Sequence record: DRR723986_6741
DNA: 64,000 nucleotides
Strand: one strand, 5' to 3'
Positions 1-9,439 of this stretch are shown here, one piece after another (positions within the stretch are counted from its first letter, which is position 1; each line of letters opens with the position of its first letter). The notes below the pieces were generated by a model. The model did no database searches and was not told the origin of the DNA. It worked only from the letters and a program-made list of their open reading frames with translations. Made by a program: the position numbers and the translations under genes.

Positions 1-753
1 TACATACGAACCAGCATTGATATCAATGCTAGCCCCTGTAGCATGATCAGCAAGTCCAGAACAAAGAAGTGTCACCATGGGAGCAATATCTTCCGGCCTA
101 GTTAGATCGGTTAAAGCAATGTCATTCAGTGCGAACTCTTCTCCATATTCAGCCAGGATTTCATCTGCCATATCCGTTCGAGTGAATCCCGGTGCGATAA
201 GAAACGCTTTGATTCCTTGCTTCCCATAATGTCTGGCGATTGATCTTGTCAAACTTACAATGGCACCCTTGGAGGCTGCGTAAGCTATGTAATCTGTTGT
301 ATCACCACGAAAAGCTGCTCTCGATGAAATATTTACAATTCTACCATTTTGATTTTTCAGAGCGTGATCTACAAATTCTTTACAAAGAATACCTAGCGCA
401 GTTGTATTAACCTGAATAGTTTCTTGCCAAACTTTGACCCAATCCTCAGTAGGCAAATTATCCGGAGCGGAGCGGGAGATTCCCGCATTATTTACCAATC
501 CCGAGATCTCTCCATATTTTTCAATCAATTTTGGGATAAAGCCAACGACTTGATTAATATCTGAAAGATCGCATAATTCAATATAAGATGGGTTTGATAA
601 CTCACCTTTGAGCTTTTCTGCTTCACTAGCATTCCTATTACAATGAATAATCACTTCAGCTCCGGATTCTGAAAGTTGTTTTGCGATAGCTCTACCAATA
701 CCTCTGGATGCTCCAGTGACAAGTATTCGTTGATTTTTGAGAGAAATATTCAT
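1..753 (-). CDS. SDR family NAD(P)-dependent oxidoreductase (3' end runs off the window)
   Basis: Translated by hand from ATG at 753: MNISLKNQRILVTGASRGIG...VNNAG...YAASK; has the TGxxxGIG, NNAG and YxxxK motifs. Confidence 0.9.
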   Translation of the reverse strand, partial: MNISLKNQRILVTGASRGIGRAIAKQLSESGAEVIIHCNRNASEAEKLKGELSNPSYIELCDLSDINQVVGFIPKLIEKYGEISGLVNNAGISRSAPDNLPTEDWVKVWQETIQVNTTALGILCKEFVDHALKNQNGRIVNISSRAAFRGDTTDYIAYAASKGAIVSLTRSIARHYGKQGIKAFLIAPGFTRTDMADEILAEYGEEFALNDIALTDLTRPEDIAPMVTLLCSGLADHATGASIDINAGSYV

Positions 754-807
754 ATTAGAAATTACTAGGCAAAATGCTTCTTATGGGTGATTGTAAAATC
801 AGGTTTG

Positions 808-1341
808 TTACCATTTTTCACGAATCATCAAATGCTGAATATGTGCTAAATGGTGCTGTGAATGCCACTGATACATAAGCGTAACTTCGGAAAGAGGAAC
901 TGAAGATTGTGACTCTGGGTGAAAATACGTTTTCTCAAAATCCTGAGTTTGCATAGATTTAAGTACGATTGCCCATTTCAAATGAATTCCTTTGATAAGC
1001 GTGAGTGACTCTGACACCGGAAGGGAGTAATCTTCTAATTTGGCCCATTCAGCTTCATCGTAAGGCTTAATAGTTGGATTTACTTCTGTTAGCGCCAATT
1101 TAAAGCGAATTAGCGCATTCATATGGCTATCAGACAGGTGATGAATCAATTGCCTTACAGTCCAGCCGCCCGGCCGATATGGGGTGTTTAACTGTTCTTC
1201 AGAAAAACCCTGTACGGTTTCTTCCAGGTACTGAGGAAACATTCCTAAGTATGTAATTGCCTCCTCTAAATTTTGATCTAAAATCAATTCAGGCTTCTGA
1301 AATTTGCCTATAGGGTACTTTAATAATTCGATATCAATCAT
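808..1341 (-). CDS. YfiT/DinB family bacillithiol transferase-like metal-dependent protein
   Basis: LKYPIGKF, TPYRPGGWTVRQLIHHLSDSH, WHSQHHLAHI; start moved to ATG at 1341 to avoid overlap with ComF. Confidence 0.85.
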   Translation of the reverse strand: MIDIELLKYPIGKFQKPELILDQNLEEAITYLGMFPQYLEETVQGFSEEQLNTPYRPGGWTVRQLIHHLSDSHMNALIRFKLALTEVNPTIKPYDEAEWAKLEDYSLPVSESLTLIKGIHLKWAIVLKSMQTQDFEKTYFHPESQSSVPLSEVTLMYQWHSQHHLAHIQHLMIREKW

Positions 1342-1346
1342 AGTAA

Positions 1347-2039
1347 TTATCCTCCTGCTGCGATAGTAACCAAATCTACATTTTTTGCTCCGTTCGCCAA
1401 AAGTACATTTGCACACGCACTCAATGTAGCACCAGTCGTCATCACATCGTCAACTAATAAAATAGATTTACTTGTAATACTAGAATAAGGTGCAATCTGA
1501 AAAACATCATCTACATTATACATTCGTTCGAGTCTAGATTTTTGGGTTTGTGTCTCGGTAAATTTTCCACGGACAAGAGAAAGTTCAAACTTAACAGATA
1601 AGGCTTCTGAAAGACCAAGCCCAAATTTTTCACTTTGATTATATCCTCTTCGGCTTTGTTTCAATGGATGCAATGGCACAGGTACAATCAGGTCCCAAAA
1701 TCTAGAAAATCCATTCTCATTTAGAATTTTTCCATACATTAACCCCAATTCTTGGCCCAGTTGAGGCTTATTTCTATACTTCAGCTGATGCAGAAGTTTT
1801 TGGCTACTTCCGCCTTTGGTAAATTTCAGAAAGGCCATCACCATCCCGACGGTACTCAATCCTTTTACCTTATCGCACAAATCATTATCAATAGGTCTCA
1901 AATGATAACTTGTGACAGGAAGAGTACCCTTACAAACGATGCAGAGATTCTGCTCGGAGTCATAAAGAGATCTTCCACACATTAGGCAATTGCGTGGGAA
2001 AACTAAATCCAAAAAATCTTTTGCAAAAAATAAACGCAT
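1347..2039 (-). CDS. ComF family protein (double zinc ribbon + phosphoribosyltransferase domain)
   Basis: CxxC...CxxC, PVPLH, RGYNQS, LLVDDVMTTGAT. Confidence 0.9.
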   Translation of the reverse strand: MRLFFAKDFLDLVFPRNCLMCGRSLYDSEQNLCIVCKGTLPVTSYHLRPIDNDLCDKVKGLSTVGMVMAFLKFTKGGSSQKLLHQLKYRNKPQLGQELGLMYGKILNENGFSRFWDLIVPVPLHPLKQSRRGYNQSEKFGLGLSEALSVKFELSLVRGKFTETQTQKSRLERMYNVDDVFQIAPYSSITSKSILLVDDVMTTGATLSACANVLLANGAKNVDLVTIAAGG

Positions 2040-2081
2040 TGTGAAAAAGGCTTGTTCCTATCTGCCAAGGGCAAATAGTGG

Positions 2082-2089
2082 TATATTTG
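2082..2089 (+). promoter_or_regulatory. Bacteroidota sigma-A -7 element TATATTTG upstream of the CMD...xth...mnmG gene run
   Basis: Matches TAnnTTTG about 30 nt before ATG 2121. Confidence 0.55.
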
Positions 2090-2120
2090 CTACTTAATTC
2101 TTTCCTAAACAGTTAAGTTA

Positions 2121-2462
2121 ATGAATCTCATAGAAGAATTCAACGAGTACCGCAGTCAGATGAATACAAAGATTTTGGCTGAAGACAATAAAATAATCAA
2201 GCGTTTATTTAATCTTGACACTAATGCTTATGCTGAAGGATCGGTAGATGTAAAGTCAAAAGAAATGATTGGACTAGCTTGTTCTATGGTTCTGAGGTGC
2301 GATGACTGTGTAAAATACCATTTAGGAAAGTGCCATGAAGTTGGTTTAACGAAAGAGCAAATATTTGAGGTATTCTCTATTGCATCACTGATAGGAGGGA
2401 CAATAGTTATCCCACACCTAAGAAGAGCTGCAGAATATTGGGAAACACTTGAAAATCAATGA
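2121..2462 (+). CDS. Carboxymuconolactone decarboxylase/AhpD family protein
   Basis: KSKEMIGLACSMVLRCDDCVKYH motif. Confidence 0.85.
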   Translation: MNLIEEFNEYRSQMNTKILAEDNKIIKRLFNLDTNAYAEGSVDVKSKEMIGLACSMVLRCDDCVKYHLGKCHEVGLTKEQIFEVFSIASLIGGTIVIPHLRRAAEYWETLENQ

Positions 2463-2468
2463 TTTACA

Positions 2469-2831
2469 ATGTTTAAACGCGATCTAGCATTAGAAAAACG
2501 TTGGTCCAAACTATTGGAAGGGCTAAAAGAAACCATAGGAAAAAAACCTGCGGACTTAAATGGCGTACTCTTTCTTATTGGAGTTCAAGAACTTGGTCAA
2601 GGCAATAGGATATTTAGTAAGGAGCAAAAGCAAGATTTGATGCATATCGCTGTTTGCAAGGTGCTGAGCTATGACGGTTTTTATGAACTTGATTATGTAG
2701 ATCAAGATGGATGGCCGCATTGGAAATTAGTAAAAGAGCTTCCTCATTTTGATTTGTTGGATCAGGAAAAGCTTTTAAAGATTCAGGTATTGGAATATTT
2801 TGAAAAAGAATATGAAATAATAATTGATTAA
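2469..2831 (+). CDS. Conserved hypothetical protein
   Basis: Operon-packed ORF; LFLIGVQELG...KQDLMHIAVC...GWPHW. Confidence 0.7.
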   Translation: MFKRDLALEKRWSKLLEGLKETIGKKPADLNGVLFLIGVQELGQGNRIFSKEQKQDLMHIAVCKVLSYDGFYELDYVDQDGWPHWKLVKELPHFDLLDQEKLLKIQVLEYFEKEYEIIID

Positions 2832-2834
2832 ATC

Positions 2835-3596
2835 GTGAAGATAGTATCGTATAACGTAAATGGCATACGTGCCGCAATGAACAAAGGATTTGTAGATTGG
2901 CTAAAACAGGTAAACCCAGACATAATTGGTTTACAGGAGGTTAAGGCCAATTTAGAACAAATAGATGCGAGTATTTTTCACGATTTAGGCTACGAAATCT
3001 ATTGGTACCCAGCTTTCAAAAAAGGATATAGTGGAGTGGCAATATTGACTAAAATAAAGCCAAAATCTGTAAAGCTTGGAATGGATATTTCCAAGTATGA
3101 CGAGGAAGGAAGATTACTTCAAGTAGATTTTGAGGATTTCTCATTCTTAACTGCCTATTTTCCTTCTGGTACAACCGGGGATATCAGACAAACATTCAAA
3201 TATGAGTTTCTTGATGACATATTTGGATACATGCAGGATTTAAGAAAAACTAATCCAAATTTGATTTTAAGTGGAGACTATAATATTTGCCACAAGGCAA
3301 TAGATATCCATAATCCGAAGTCAAATAAAAACACCTCTGGGTTCCTACCCGAAGAAAGAGCATGGATGGATAAATTCACAGAATCAGGGTTTATTGATAG
3401 TTTTAGGACATTTAATGATCAGCCAGATAATTATACCTGGTGGAGCTACAGAGCAAATTCCAGAGCAAAGAATCTAGGATGGAGAATAGATTACCATATG
3501 GCAACTGAACCAATGAAAGAGCGTCTTAGAAGTTCAACCATTTTAGCTGATGCAAAACATTCAGATCATTGTCCAATATTACTAGAAGTAGAATAA
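2835..3596 (+). CDS. xth: Exodeoxyribonuclease III
   Basis: SYNVNGIRA, LQEVK, GDYNICH, GWRIDY, SDHCP. Confidence 0.95.
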   Translation: MKIVSYNVNGIRAAMNKGFVDWLKQVNPDIIGLQEVKANLEQIDASIFHDLGYEIYWYPAFKKGYSGVAILTKIKPKSVKLGMDISKYDEEGRLLQVDFEDFSFLTAYFPSGTTGDIRQTFKYEFLDDIFGYMQDLRKTNPNLILSGDYNICHKAIDIHNPKSNKNTSGFLPEERAWMDKFTESGFIDSFRTFNDQPDNYTWWSYRANSRAKNLGWRIDYHMATEPMKERLRSSTILADAKHSDHCPILLEVE

Positions 3597-3626
3597 AACA
3601 GCAGATACTACTCATTGAAAACAATT

Positions 3627-4031
3627 ATGATGAAAAGCATAAAAATTTCCATTCCATCTCTCATTGAGAATATAAAAATAATTGAAAGTTTCATCGACAA
3701 CGCTCGAGAAAACTTCGAGATCAATGATGATATCTACGGTAATATTATGATATCAGTGACTGAGTGCATCAGTAATGCCATCATCCATGGAAACCAAGGG
3801 GATAAAAACAAACTGGTACATTTGGAACTAGCATTAGAAGATGAATTGCTTTTGTTCACCATTCAGGATGAAGGAGATGGATTTGATTACAATGAGCTAA
3901 AAGATCCGACAGCACCCGAAAACATTGAAAAACCTGGAGGAAGGGGAATTTTCCTAATCAAACACCTATCAGATGATGTGAAGTTTGAAGAAAATGGAAC
4001 CAAGACGGTTTTATCATTTTATATGAACTAA
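3627..4031 (+). CDS. RsbW-like HATPase_c ATP-binding protein
   Basis: ECISNAIIHGN, DEGDGF, GGRGIFLI. Confidence 0.85.
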   Translation: MMKSIKISIPSLIENIKIIESFIDNARENFEINDDIYGNIMISVTECISNAIIHGNQGDKNKLVHLELALEDELLLFTIQDEGDGFDYNELKDPTAPENIEKPGGRGIFLIKHLSDDVKFEENGTKTVLSFYMN

Positions 4032-4034
4032 ACT

Positions 4035-4460
4035 ATGCCGATAAATTTCTTTGCAGAAGAAGTCCCTTTTTCCTTGAAAGAAAAGAGAAAAAGAAAAGAT
4101 TGGTTAAAAAAAATTGCAGAATCTGAAAACCACAAAATTGAAGATCTCAATTACGTGTTTTGCTCTGATGAATATTTACTCAACATAAACCAAGAATATC
4201 TTGATCATGATACATATACGGATATCATCACCTTTGATAATTCTGAAGAAGAAAACATTATAGAAGGAGATATATTTATAAGTATAGAGAGAGTAAAAGA
4301 AAATTCAGCAACACATAAAGTAAAAGAAGAAAGAGAGTTGAGTAGAGTAATTAGCCATGGGCTTTTTCATCTCCTAGGCTACAAGGACAAAACAAAAGCA
4401 GAGGCCATCATGATGAGAAGTAAAGAGGAGTTTGCTATAAAATTATTCGAAGAGATTTAA
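4035..4460 (+). CDS. ybeY: rRNA maturation RNase YbeY
   Basis: TDIITF, GDIFIS, HGLFHLLGYKD. Confidence 0.95.
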   Translation: MPINFFAEEVPFSLKEKRKRKDWLKKIAESENHKIEDLNYVFCSDEYLLNINQEYLDHDTYTDIITFDNSEEENIIEGDIFISIERVKENSATHKVKEERELSRVISHGLFHLLGYKDKTKAEAIMMRSKEEFAIKLFEEI

Positions 4461-4461
4461 A

Positions 4462-4477
4462 CGTTCCACGTGAAACA
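4462..4477. promoter_or_regulatory. parS site 1 (CGTTCCACGTGAAACA)
   Basis: 16-bp near-palindrome matching the parS consensus TGTTNCACGTGAAACA at 15/16. Confidence 0.85.
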
Positions 4478-4505
4478 GTATTTTCCAAAAGACGAAATAC
4501 ATTCA

Positions 4506-4521
4506 TGTTCCACGTGAAACA
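4506..4521. promoter_or_regulatory. parS site 2 (TGTTCCACGTGAAACA)
   Basis: Exact parS consensus, just upstream of mnmG. Confidence 0.9.
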
Positions 4522-4539
4522 GTACAAAAATAGGATACG

Positions 4540-6405
4540 ATGTTTCCAATATATGATGTCATAGTAGTAGGAGCAGGGCACGCAGGTTGTGAGGCAGCAC
4601 ATGCCGCTGCACAAATGGGCTCAAAAGTACTACTATGTACAATGAACATGAACACAATCGCTCAGATGTCATGTAACCCAGCAATGGGTGGTGTTGCAAA
4701 AGGGCAAATAGTGCGAGAAATTGATGCACTAGGAGGAATGTCGGGTATTATATCCGACAAATCTATGATTCAGTTTAGGATGCTAAATAGATCAAAAGGA
4801 CCTGCTATGTGGTCTCCAAGATCTCAGAATGACAGAATGAAATTCGCTGAAGAATGGAGACTCGCCTTGGAACAAACTCCTAATGTGGACTTCTGGCAAG
4901 AAATGATCACTGGACTACTAGTGAAGAATGGCGAACTAAAAGGAGTCAGAACTAGTATAGGACTAGAAATCCAAGGTAAAAGTGTCGTACTAACTAATGG
5001 AACATTCCTAAACGGACTAATACATATTGGCGAAAAACAATTTGGGGGTGGAAGAACTGGTGAAGCAGCTGCGCGAGGTATAACAGAGCAATTGGTGCAA
5101 TTGGGGTTTGAATCAGGAAGAATGAAGACTGGCACACCACCAAGAGTAGATGGAAGAAGTCTTGATTATTCTAAAATGGAAGTTCAACATGGAGACGAAA
5201 ACCCAGAGAAGTTCAGTTATTCTGATAAAACAACAACTCTGAAAGAGCAAAGAACTTGCTGGATTACCTATACGAATAAAGATGTACACTCAAGTTTAGA
5301 AGAAGGATTTGACAGATCTCCCATGTTCAATGGAAGAATCCAAGGACTAGGTCCAAGATATTGCCCATCTATTGAAGATAAAATCAATCGATTTGCAGAA
5401 AGAGACAGGCATCAAATCTTTGTAGAACCTGAAGGATGGAACACTGTAGAAATGTATATAAACGGCTTCTCCACTTCACTACCTGAGGATGTACAATTCA
5501 AGGCTTTGCGAAAAATTTCGGGTTTTGAAAATGCAAAGATGTTTCGTCCAGGGTATGCAATTGAGTATGATTATTTTCCACCAACTCAATTGAAACTAAC
5601 GTTAGAAACTCAGTTAATCGAAAATCTTTATTTCGCAGGACAGATTAATGGGACAACTGGATATGAAGAAGCTGCTTCACAAGGATTAGTTGCTGGAATA
5701 AATGCCAGTCTCAAAGTGCAGGAAAAGGATCCATTCTTATTAAAAAGGTCAGATGCCTATATAGGAGTTCTAATTGATGACTTAATAAATAAAGGCACAG
5801 ATGAGCCGTATCGAATGTTTACTTCGAGAGCAGAATTTAGACTATTACTTCGCCAAGATAATGCAGATCTAAGATTGACTCAGAAAGGACATGATATTGG
5901 ACTAGCTTCTGACGAACGTTTGGCCAAAATGAATACCAAAAAAGAAGAAACAGCAAGACTTATCAATAACCTTAAACAGAAAAAACTATCTCCAGTAAGT
6001 ATCAATACTGGTTTGGAAGAATCTGGTACAGCAATTATCAAGGAAAAAATAACTGCAGAAAAACTTCTCAAAAGACCTCAAATAGGACTTAAAGACCTCA
6101 AATCTTTTAATCCAGAAATAAATGAATACCTATCTAACTATTCTATAGAAGTACTAGAACAAGCAGAGATCCAAATCAAATACGATAGTTATATAGAAAA
6201 AGAACAGCAAATGGTAGATAAGTTGAGTAACATGGAAAACTTCAAAATTCCATTGAATTTCGACTATAAAGCTATACCCGCACTTTCGACAGAAGGAAAA
6301 CAAAAATTGACTAAAATAAGACCTGAGACGATGGGTCAAGCTTCCCGAATAAGCGGAGTGACACCAGCAGACTTATCTATAATCACTGTTTACCTTGGAA
6401 GATAA
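4540..6405 (+). CDS. mnmG: tRNA uridine-5-carboxymethylaminomethyl(34) synthesis enzyme MnmG
   Basis: GAGHAGCEAA, MSCNPAMGG, GPRYCPSIEDK, GQINGTTGYEEAA. Confidence 0.98.
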   Translation: MFPIYDVIVVGAGHAGCEAAHAAAQMGSKVLLCTMNMNTIAQMSCNPAMGGVAKGQIVREIDALGGMSGIISDKSMIQFRMLNRSKGPAMWSPRSQNDRMKFAEEWRLALEQTPNVDFWQEMITGLLVKNGELKGVRTSIGLEIQGKSVVLTNGTFLNGLIHIGEKQFGGGRTGEAAARGITEQLVQLGFESGRMKTGTPPRVDGRSLDYSKMEVQHGDENPEKFSYSDKTTTLKEQRTCWITYTNKDVHSSLEEGFDRSPMFNGRIQGLGPRYCPSIEDKINRFAERDRHQIFVEPEGWNTVEMYINGFSTSLPEDVQFKALRKISGFENAKMFRPGYAIEYDYFPPTQLKLTLETQLIENLYFAGQINGTTGYEEAASQGLVAGINASLKVQEKDPFLLKRSDAYIGVLIDDLINKGTDEPYRMFTSRAEFRLLLRQDNADLRLTQKGHDIGLASDERLAKMNTKKEETARLINNLKQKKLSPVSINTGLEESGTAIIKEKITAEKLLKRPQIGLKDLKSFNPEINEYLSNYSIEVLEQAEIQIKYDSYIEKEQQMVDKLSNMENFKIPLNFDYKAIPALSTEGKQKLTKIRPETMGQASRISGVTPADLSIITVYLGR

Positions 6406-6406
6406 A

Positions 6407-7306
6407 ATGCTAGAAAGACTTACAAAATGTCCACTTTGCAAAAGTGGACATTTTCTTAATTCTGAAGAAATTAAAGATTTTGCAGTAAGCCAAGAGTCAT
6501 TTATCATATGCAACTGTACAAAGTGCGGATTGAAATTTACGAATCCTAGACCAGCCGAAGATACGATAGGACCATACTATGATTTTCCTGAATACTTCTC
6601 TCACGAGGATAAAGCCAAAAATCTAACCCAGCTTGTTTATCAAAAAGTAAGAAAATATGCTGTTTCCCAAAAAGTAAAACATCTAAATAGCCTAAAGCCT
6701 TCCAAAGGCAAATATCTGGATTATGGCTGTGGCACAGGCGAGCTTCTTACCAAAGCAAAAGAAAGTGGATGGAAAGTAAAAGGTATAGAGCCAAATGAAA
6801 AAGCGAGAAACCTAGCAAACTCTAAGGTAGATGGAAAAGTCTATGCATCCATTGATGAGCTACCCAAAGGAAGTTCATTTGAGATCATTACACTTTTTCA
6901 TGTACTTGAACACGTCCATTCACTTAGAAAGACTGTAAAAAAAATTATAAATCACTTAAATTCAGATGGTTATATAATTATTGCTGTTCCAAACCCAGAA
7001 AGTCATGATGCTAAAAAGTATCTAGAGCATTGGGCAGGATGGGATGTACCAAGGCATCTATATCATTTTAACCAAAAGTCTATTGTAAGCTTCGGAGAGA
7101 TTTTTGATTTACAACTTGTGAAGCAAATGCCGATGAATTTCGATAGCTACTATGTATCATTATTGTCTGAAGGATATATCAGTCCAAATCAATCCTTAGT
7201 ACAAAAATATTGGAAGGCCATCATGTCAGGCAAAAAGTCAAACAGTGAAGCGCGTAAGACTGCAGGAAATTATTCAAGTAACATATTTGTGTTCCAAAAG
7301 AAGTGA
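6407..7306 (+). CDS. Class I SAM-dependent methyltransferase with N-terminal zinc ribbon
   Basis: CPLC...CTKC, LDYGCGTG, FHVLEH, WDVPRHLYHF. Confidence 0.85.
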   Translation: MLERLTKCPLCKSGHFLNSEEIKDFAVSQESFIICNCTKCGLKFTNPRPAEDTIGPYYDFPEYFSHEDKAKNLTQLVYQKVRKYAVSQKVKHLNSLKPSKGKYLDYGCGTGELLTKAKESGWKVKGIEPNEKARNLANSKVDGKVYASIDELPKGSSFEIITLFHVLEHVHSLRKTVKKIINHLNSDGYIIIAVPNPESHDAKKYLEHWAGWDVPRHLYHFNQKSIVSFGEIFDLQLVKQMPMNFDSYYVSLLSEGYISPNQSLVQKYWKAIMSGKKSNSEARKTAGNYSSNIFVFQKK

Positions 7307-8976
7307 AACATTCAAATCTAATCGCACTTTTAATTTTAAGCCTATTGGCTTTATCATGTGCTAAACAAAGTACGCCAATGGGAGGGCCTCAAGACGAAGA
7401 CCCACCTATAGTCCTGGAAATGATTCCAAAAGACCAGAGTCTAAATACAAAACCCAAGGCGATAGTAATCACTTTTGACGAATACATTAAGCTAGACAAT
7501 GCCAACAAAAACATCCTGATCACTCCAAGAATCAATAAGGATGAGGTAATTATTACAGCTTTAAAAAACACGCTTGAAATAGAATTAAATCAAGAACTTG
7601 AAGATAACACAACCTATGTCTTCAATTTCCAGAAATCTATTCAGGATTTATCAGAGGGAAACCCAGCCGAAAATCTAAAACTAGTTTTTTCCACAGGAGA
7701 ACAAATAGACAGCCTAAGAGTAACAGGATCTGTCAACAGGTATTTTCCAGGGAAAAATGATAAAATAGAAAATGCCATAGTAGGTCTATATCCTATTGAT
7801 GATACAACAAATGTCTTTATAGCACCTCCATACTATTTGAGTCAAGTTGACACTGCTGGAAACTTTTCCATATCCAACATCAAAGCAGGAAAATACTTTG
7901 CTTATGCGTGGCAGGATGATAATAATAGCTTAAAAGCAGAGTATAAATCCGAAGCTTTTGATTTCATAAAAGATACAATCACCATTAACCAAAACATAGA
8001 AGGCTTACATTTCAATCTTTCAAAAGGTGATCAAAACCCTATAAACTTACTTCGTTCATCACCAATAGGTTCTAATTATACTATTGTATTGAACAAGACA
8101 CCGAATGAAGTACTATTAAAGAATGACAAAATTGGAAGTGAAATATTTTATACGATAGGAGACAAAAGAATCAATCTTTATTCAAAGTCAGTAATAGCAG
8201 ATAGCATATCATTTAATTTGAACGTAAAGGATTCGGTTGGATATGAAGTTGATTCATTAATCTGGGCCAAATTTGAAGAATCAGAAAGAAAACCAGAGAA
8301 ACTTACCATATCAGCTAATTCAGGCAAAAATTTTTACCAAAACCTACCCATAGAACTAACCTTTAACAAGCCTATCACAGACATAAATTACGATTCCCTT
8401 TATCTAGCTTACGACACAGCCTCTGTTGTTAAGATTTCTCCAGAAATGTTAAGTTTCAAAGATTCTTTGAGAAGAGATGTTTTAAGAATTAATCTGTTGG
8501 TTCCGGACTCTATACCCTATGAGACATTTTCACTTAAAGCGGCAGATTCCACCTTCAGAGATATAGAAGGGCAATACAATGAAGTTGCCTTGAGTGCTAA
8601 TTACAAAAAGTTGAAAAAAGAAACACTCTCAGATGAAATATCAGGAACAATTGAAGGATCAGAGGGTCCATTTATTGTACAACTTTTGGATAGTAAAGGA
8701 GAGCTGATAAGGGAGTCTTATATAGAAAGCGGTAATCAATTCTCCTTCAAATTAATAGAAGCAGCTAACTATCAAATACGAGTAATAGAAGATACAAACA
8801 AGAACCACCGATGGGATCCAGCAAACTTTGAAGAAAAAAGATATGCAGAACGGACTTTCAATTTCTTAGATCCAGAAACAGGAAATGGTAACATTCTAAT
8901 AAGAGGTGGTTGGATTGTAGAAGATCTAGTGATCAAAGCTACACCTAATACAGGCATAAAAATCGACCAGGATTAG
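7303..8976 (+). CDS. Ig-like domain lipoprotein
   Basis: Lipobox LALSC followed by AKQSTPMGGPQDEDPP; Big_5-like beta-rich body. Confidence 0.75.
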   Translation: MKHSNLIALLILSLLALSCAKQSTPMGGPQDEDPPIVLEMIPKDQSLNTKPKAIVITFDEYIKLDNANKNILITPRINKDEVIITALKNTLEIELNQELEDNTTYVFNFQKSIQDLSEGNPAENLKLVFSTGEQIDSLRVTGSVNRYFPGKNDKIENAIVGLYPIDDTTNVFIAPPYYLSQVDTAGNFSISNIKAGKYFAYAWQDDNNSLKAEYKSEAFDFIKDTITINQNIEGLHFNLSKGDQNPINLLRSSPIGSNYTIVLNKTPNEVLLKNDKIGSEIFYTIGDKRINLYSKSVIADSISFNLNVKDSVGYEVDSLIWAKFEESERKPEKLTISANSGKNFYQNLPIELTFNKPITDINYDSLYLAYDTASVVKISPEMLSFKDSLRRDVLRINLLVPDSIPYETFSLKAADSTFRDIEGQYNEVALSANYKKLKKETLSDEISGTIEGSEGPFIVQLLDSKGELIRESYIESGNQFSFKLIEAANYQIRVIEDTNKNHRWDPANFEEKRYAERTFNFLDPETGNGNILIRGGWIVEDLVIKATPNTGIKIDQD

Positions 8977-9400
8977 GCGTGGATAAGTACCAAATCAGTT
9001 GTGGATAAAAGTGGACTACTTCAGGATAACTGAACACTTTTCCACCTACCAGACACCAGCAATTCTACCAAGCCCCATAATTGGGGAAAAGCCAACAGTT
9101 ATCCACTAAACAAAATCATTCTATCAACAGCCCTTTTACCAACAGTGAATAATTAAGACCTAATCCACAAAAATTGGGATATTCAATTACTACAATAATT
9201 CTCAACGTCTTACATGTGGACAAAAAGAGGATAACCCGTGGGAAACTCAACTTTACTATCCCACTAAGAGTGGAGAAGAATAAACCTTCTTCTTTTCCAC
9301 AAATCCACAGTCCTAATAACCTTAGTAAAGAATTTTTTTAAAAATCTATTTTACAACTATTATAAAAAGAGAGCGTGGATAACTCTTTGTAATGGCCTCA
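8977..9400. other. oriC: Probable chromosomal replication origin oriC
   Basis: ORF-free gap of about 460 bp with many DnaA-box-like 9-mers (TGTGGATAA 9000-9008, CGTGGATAA 8978 and 9374, TTATCCACT 9099, TAATCCACA 9161, TGTGGACAA 9215, TTTTCCACA 9293, AAATCCACA 9301), an AT-rich tract at about 9314-9370, and parS/mnmG nearby. Confidence 0.85.
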
Positions 9401-9439
9401 CATTTTGGTAATATTATAAAGTACCCAAAATGACAAACT

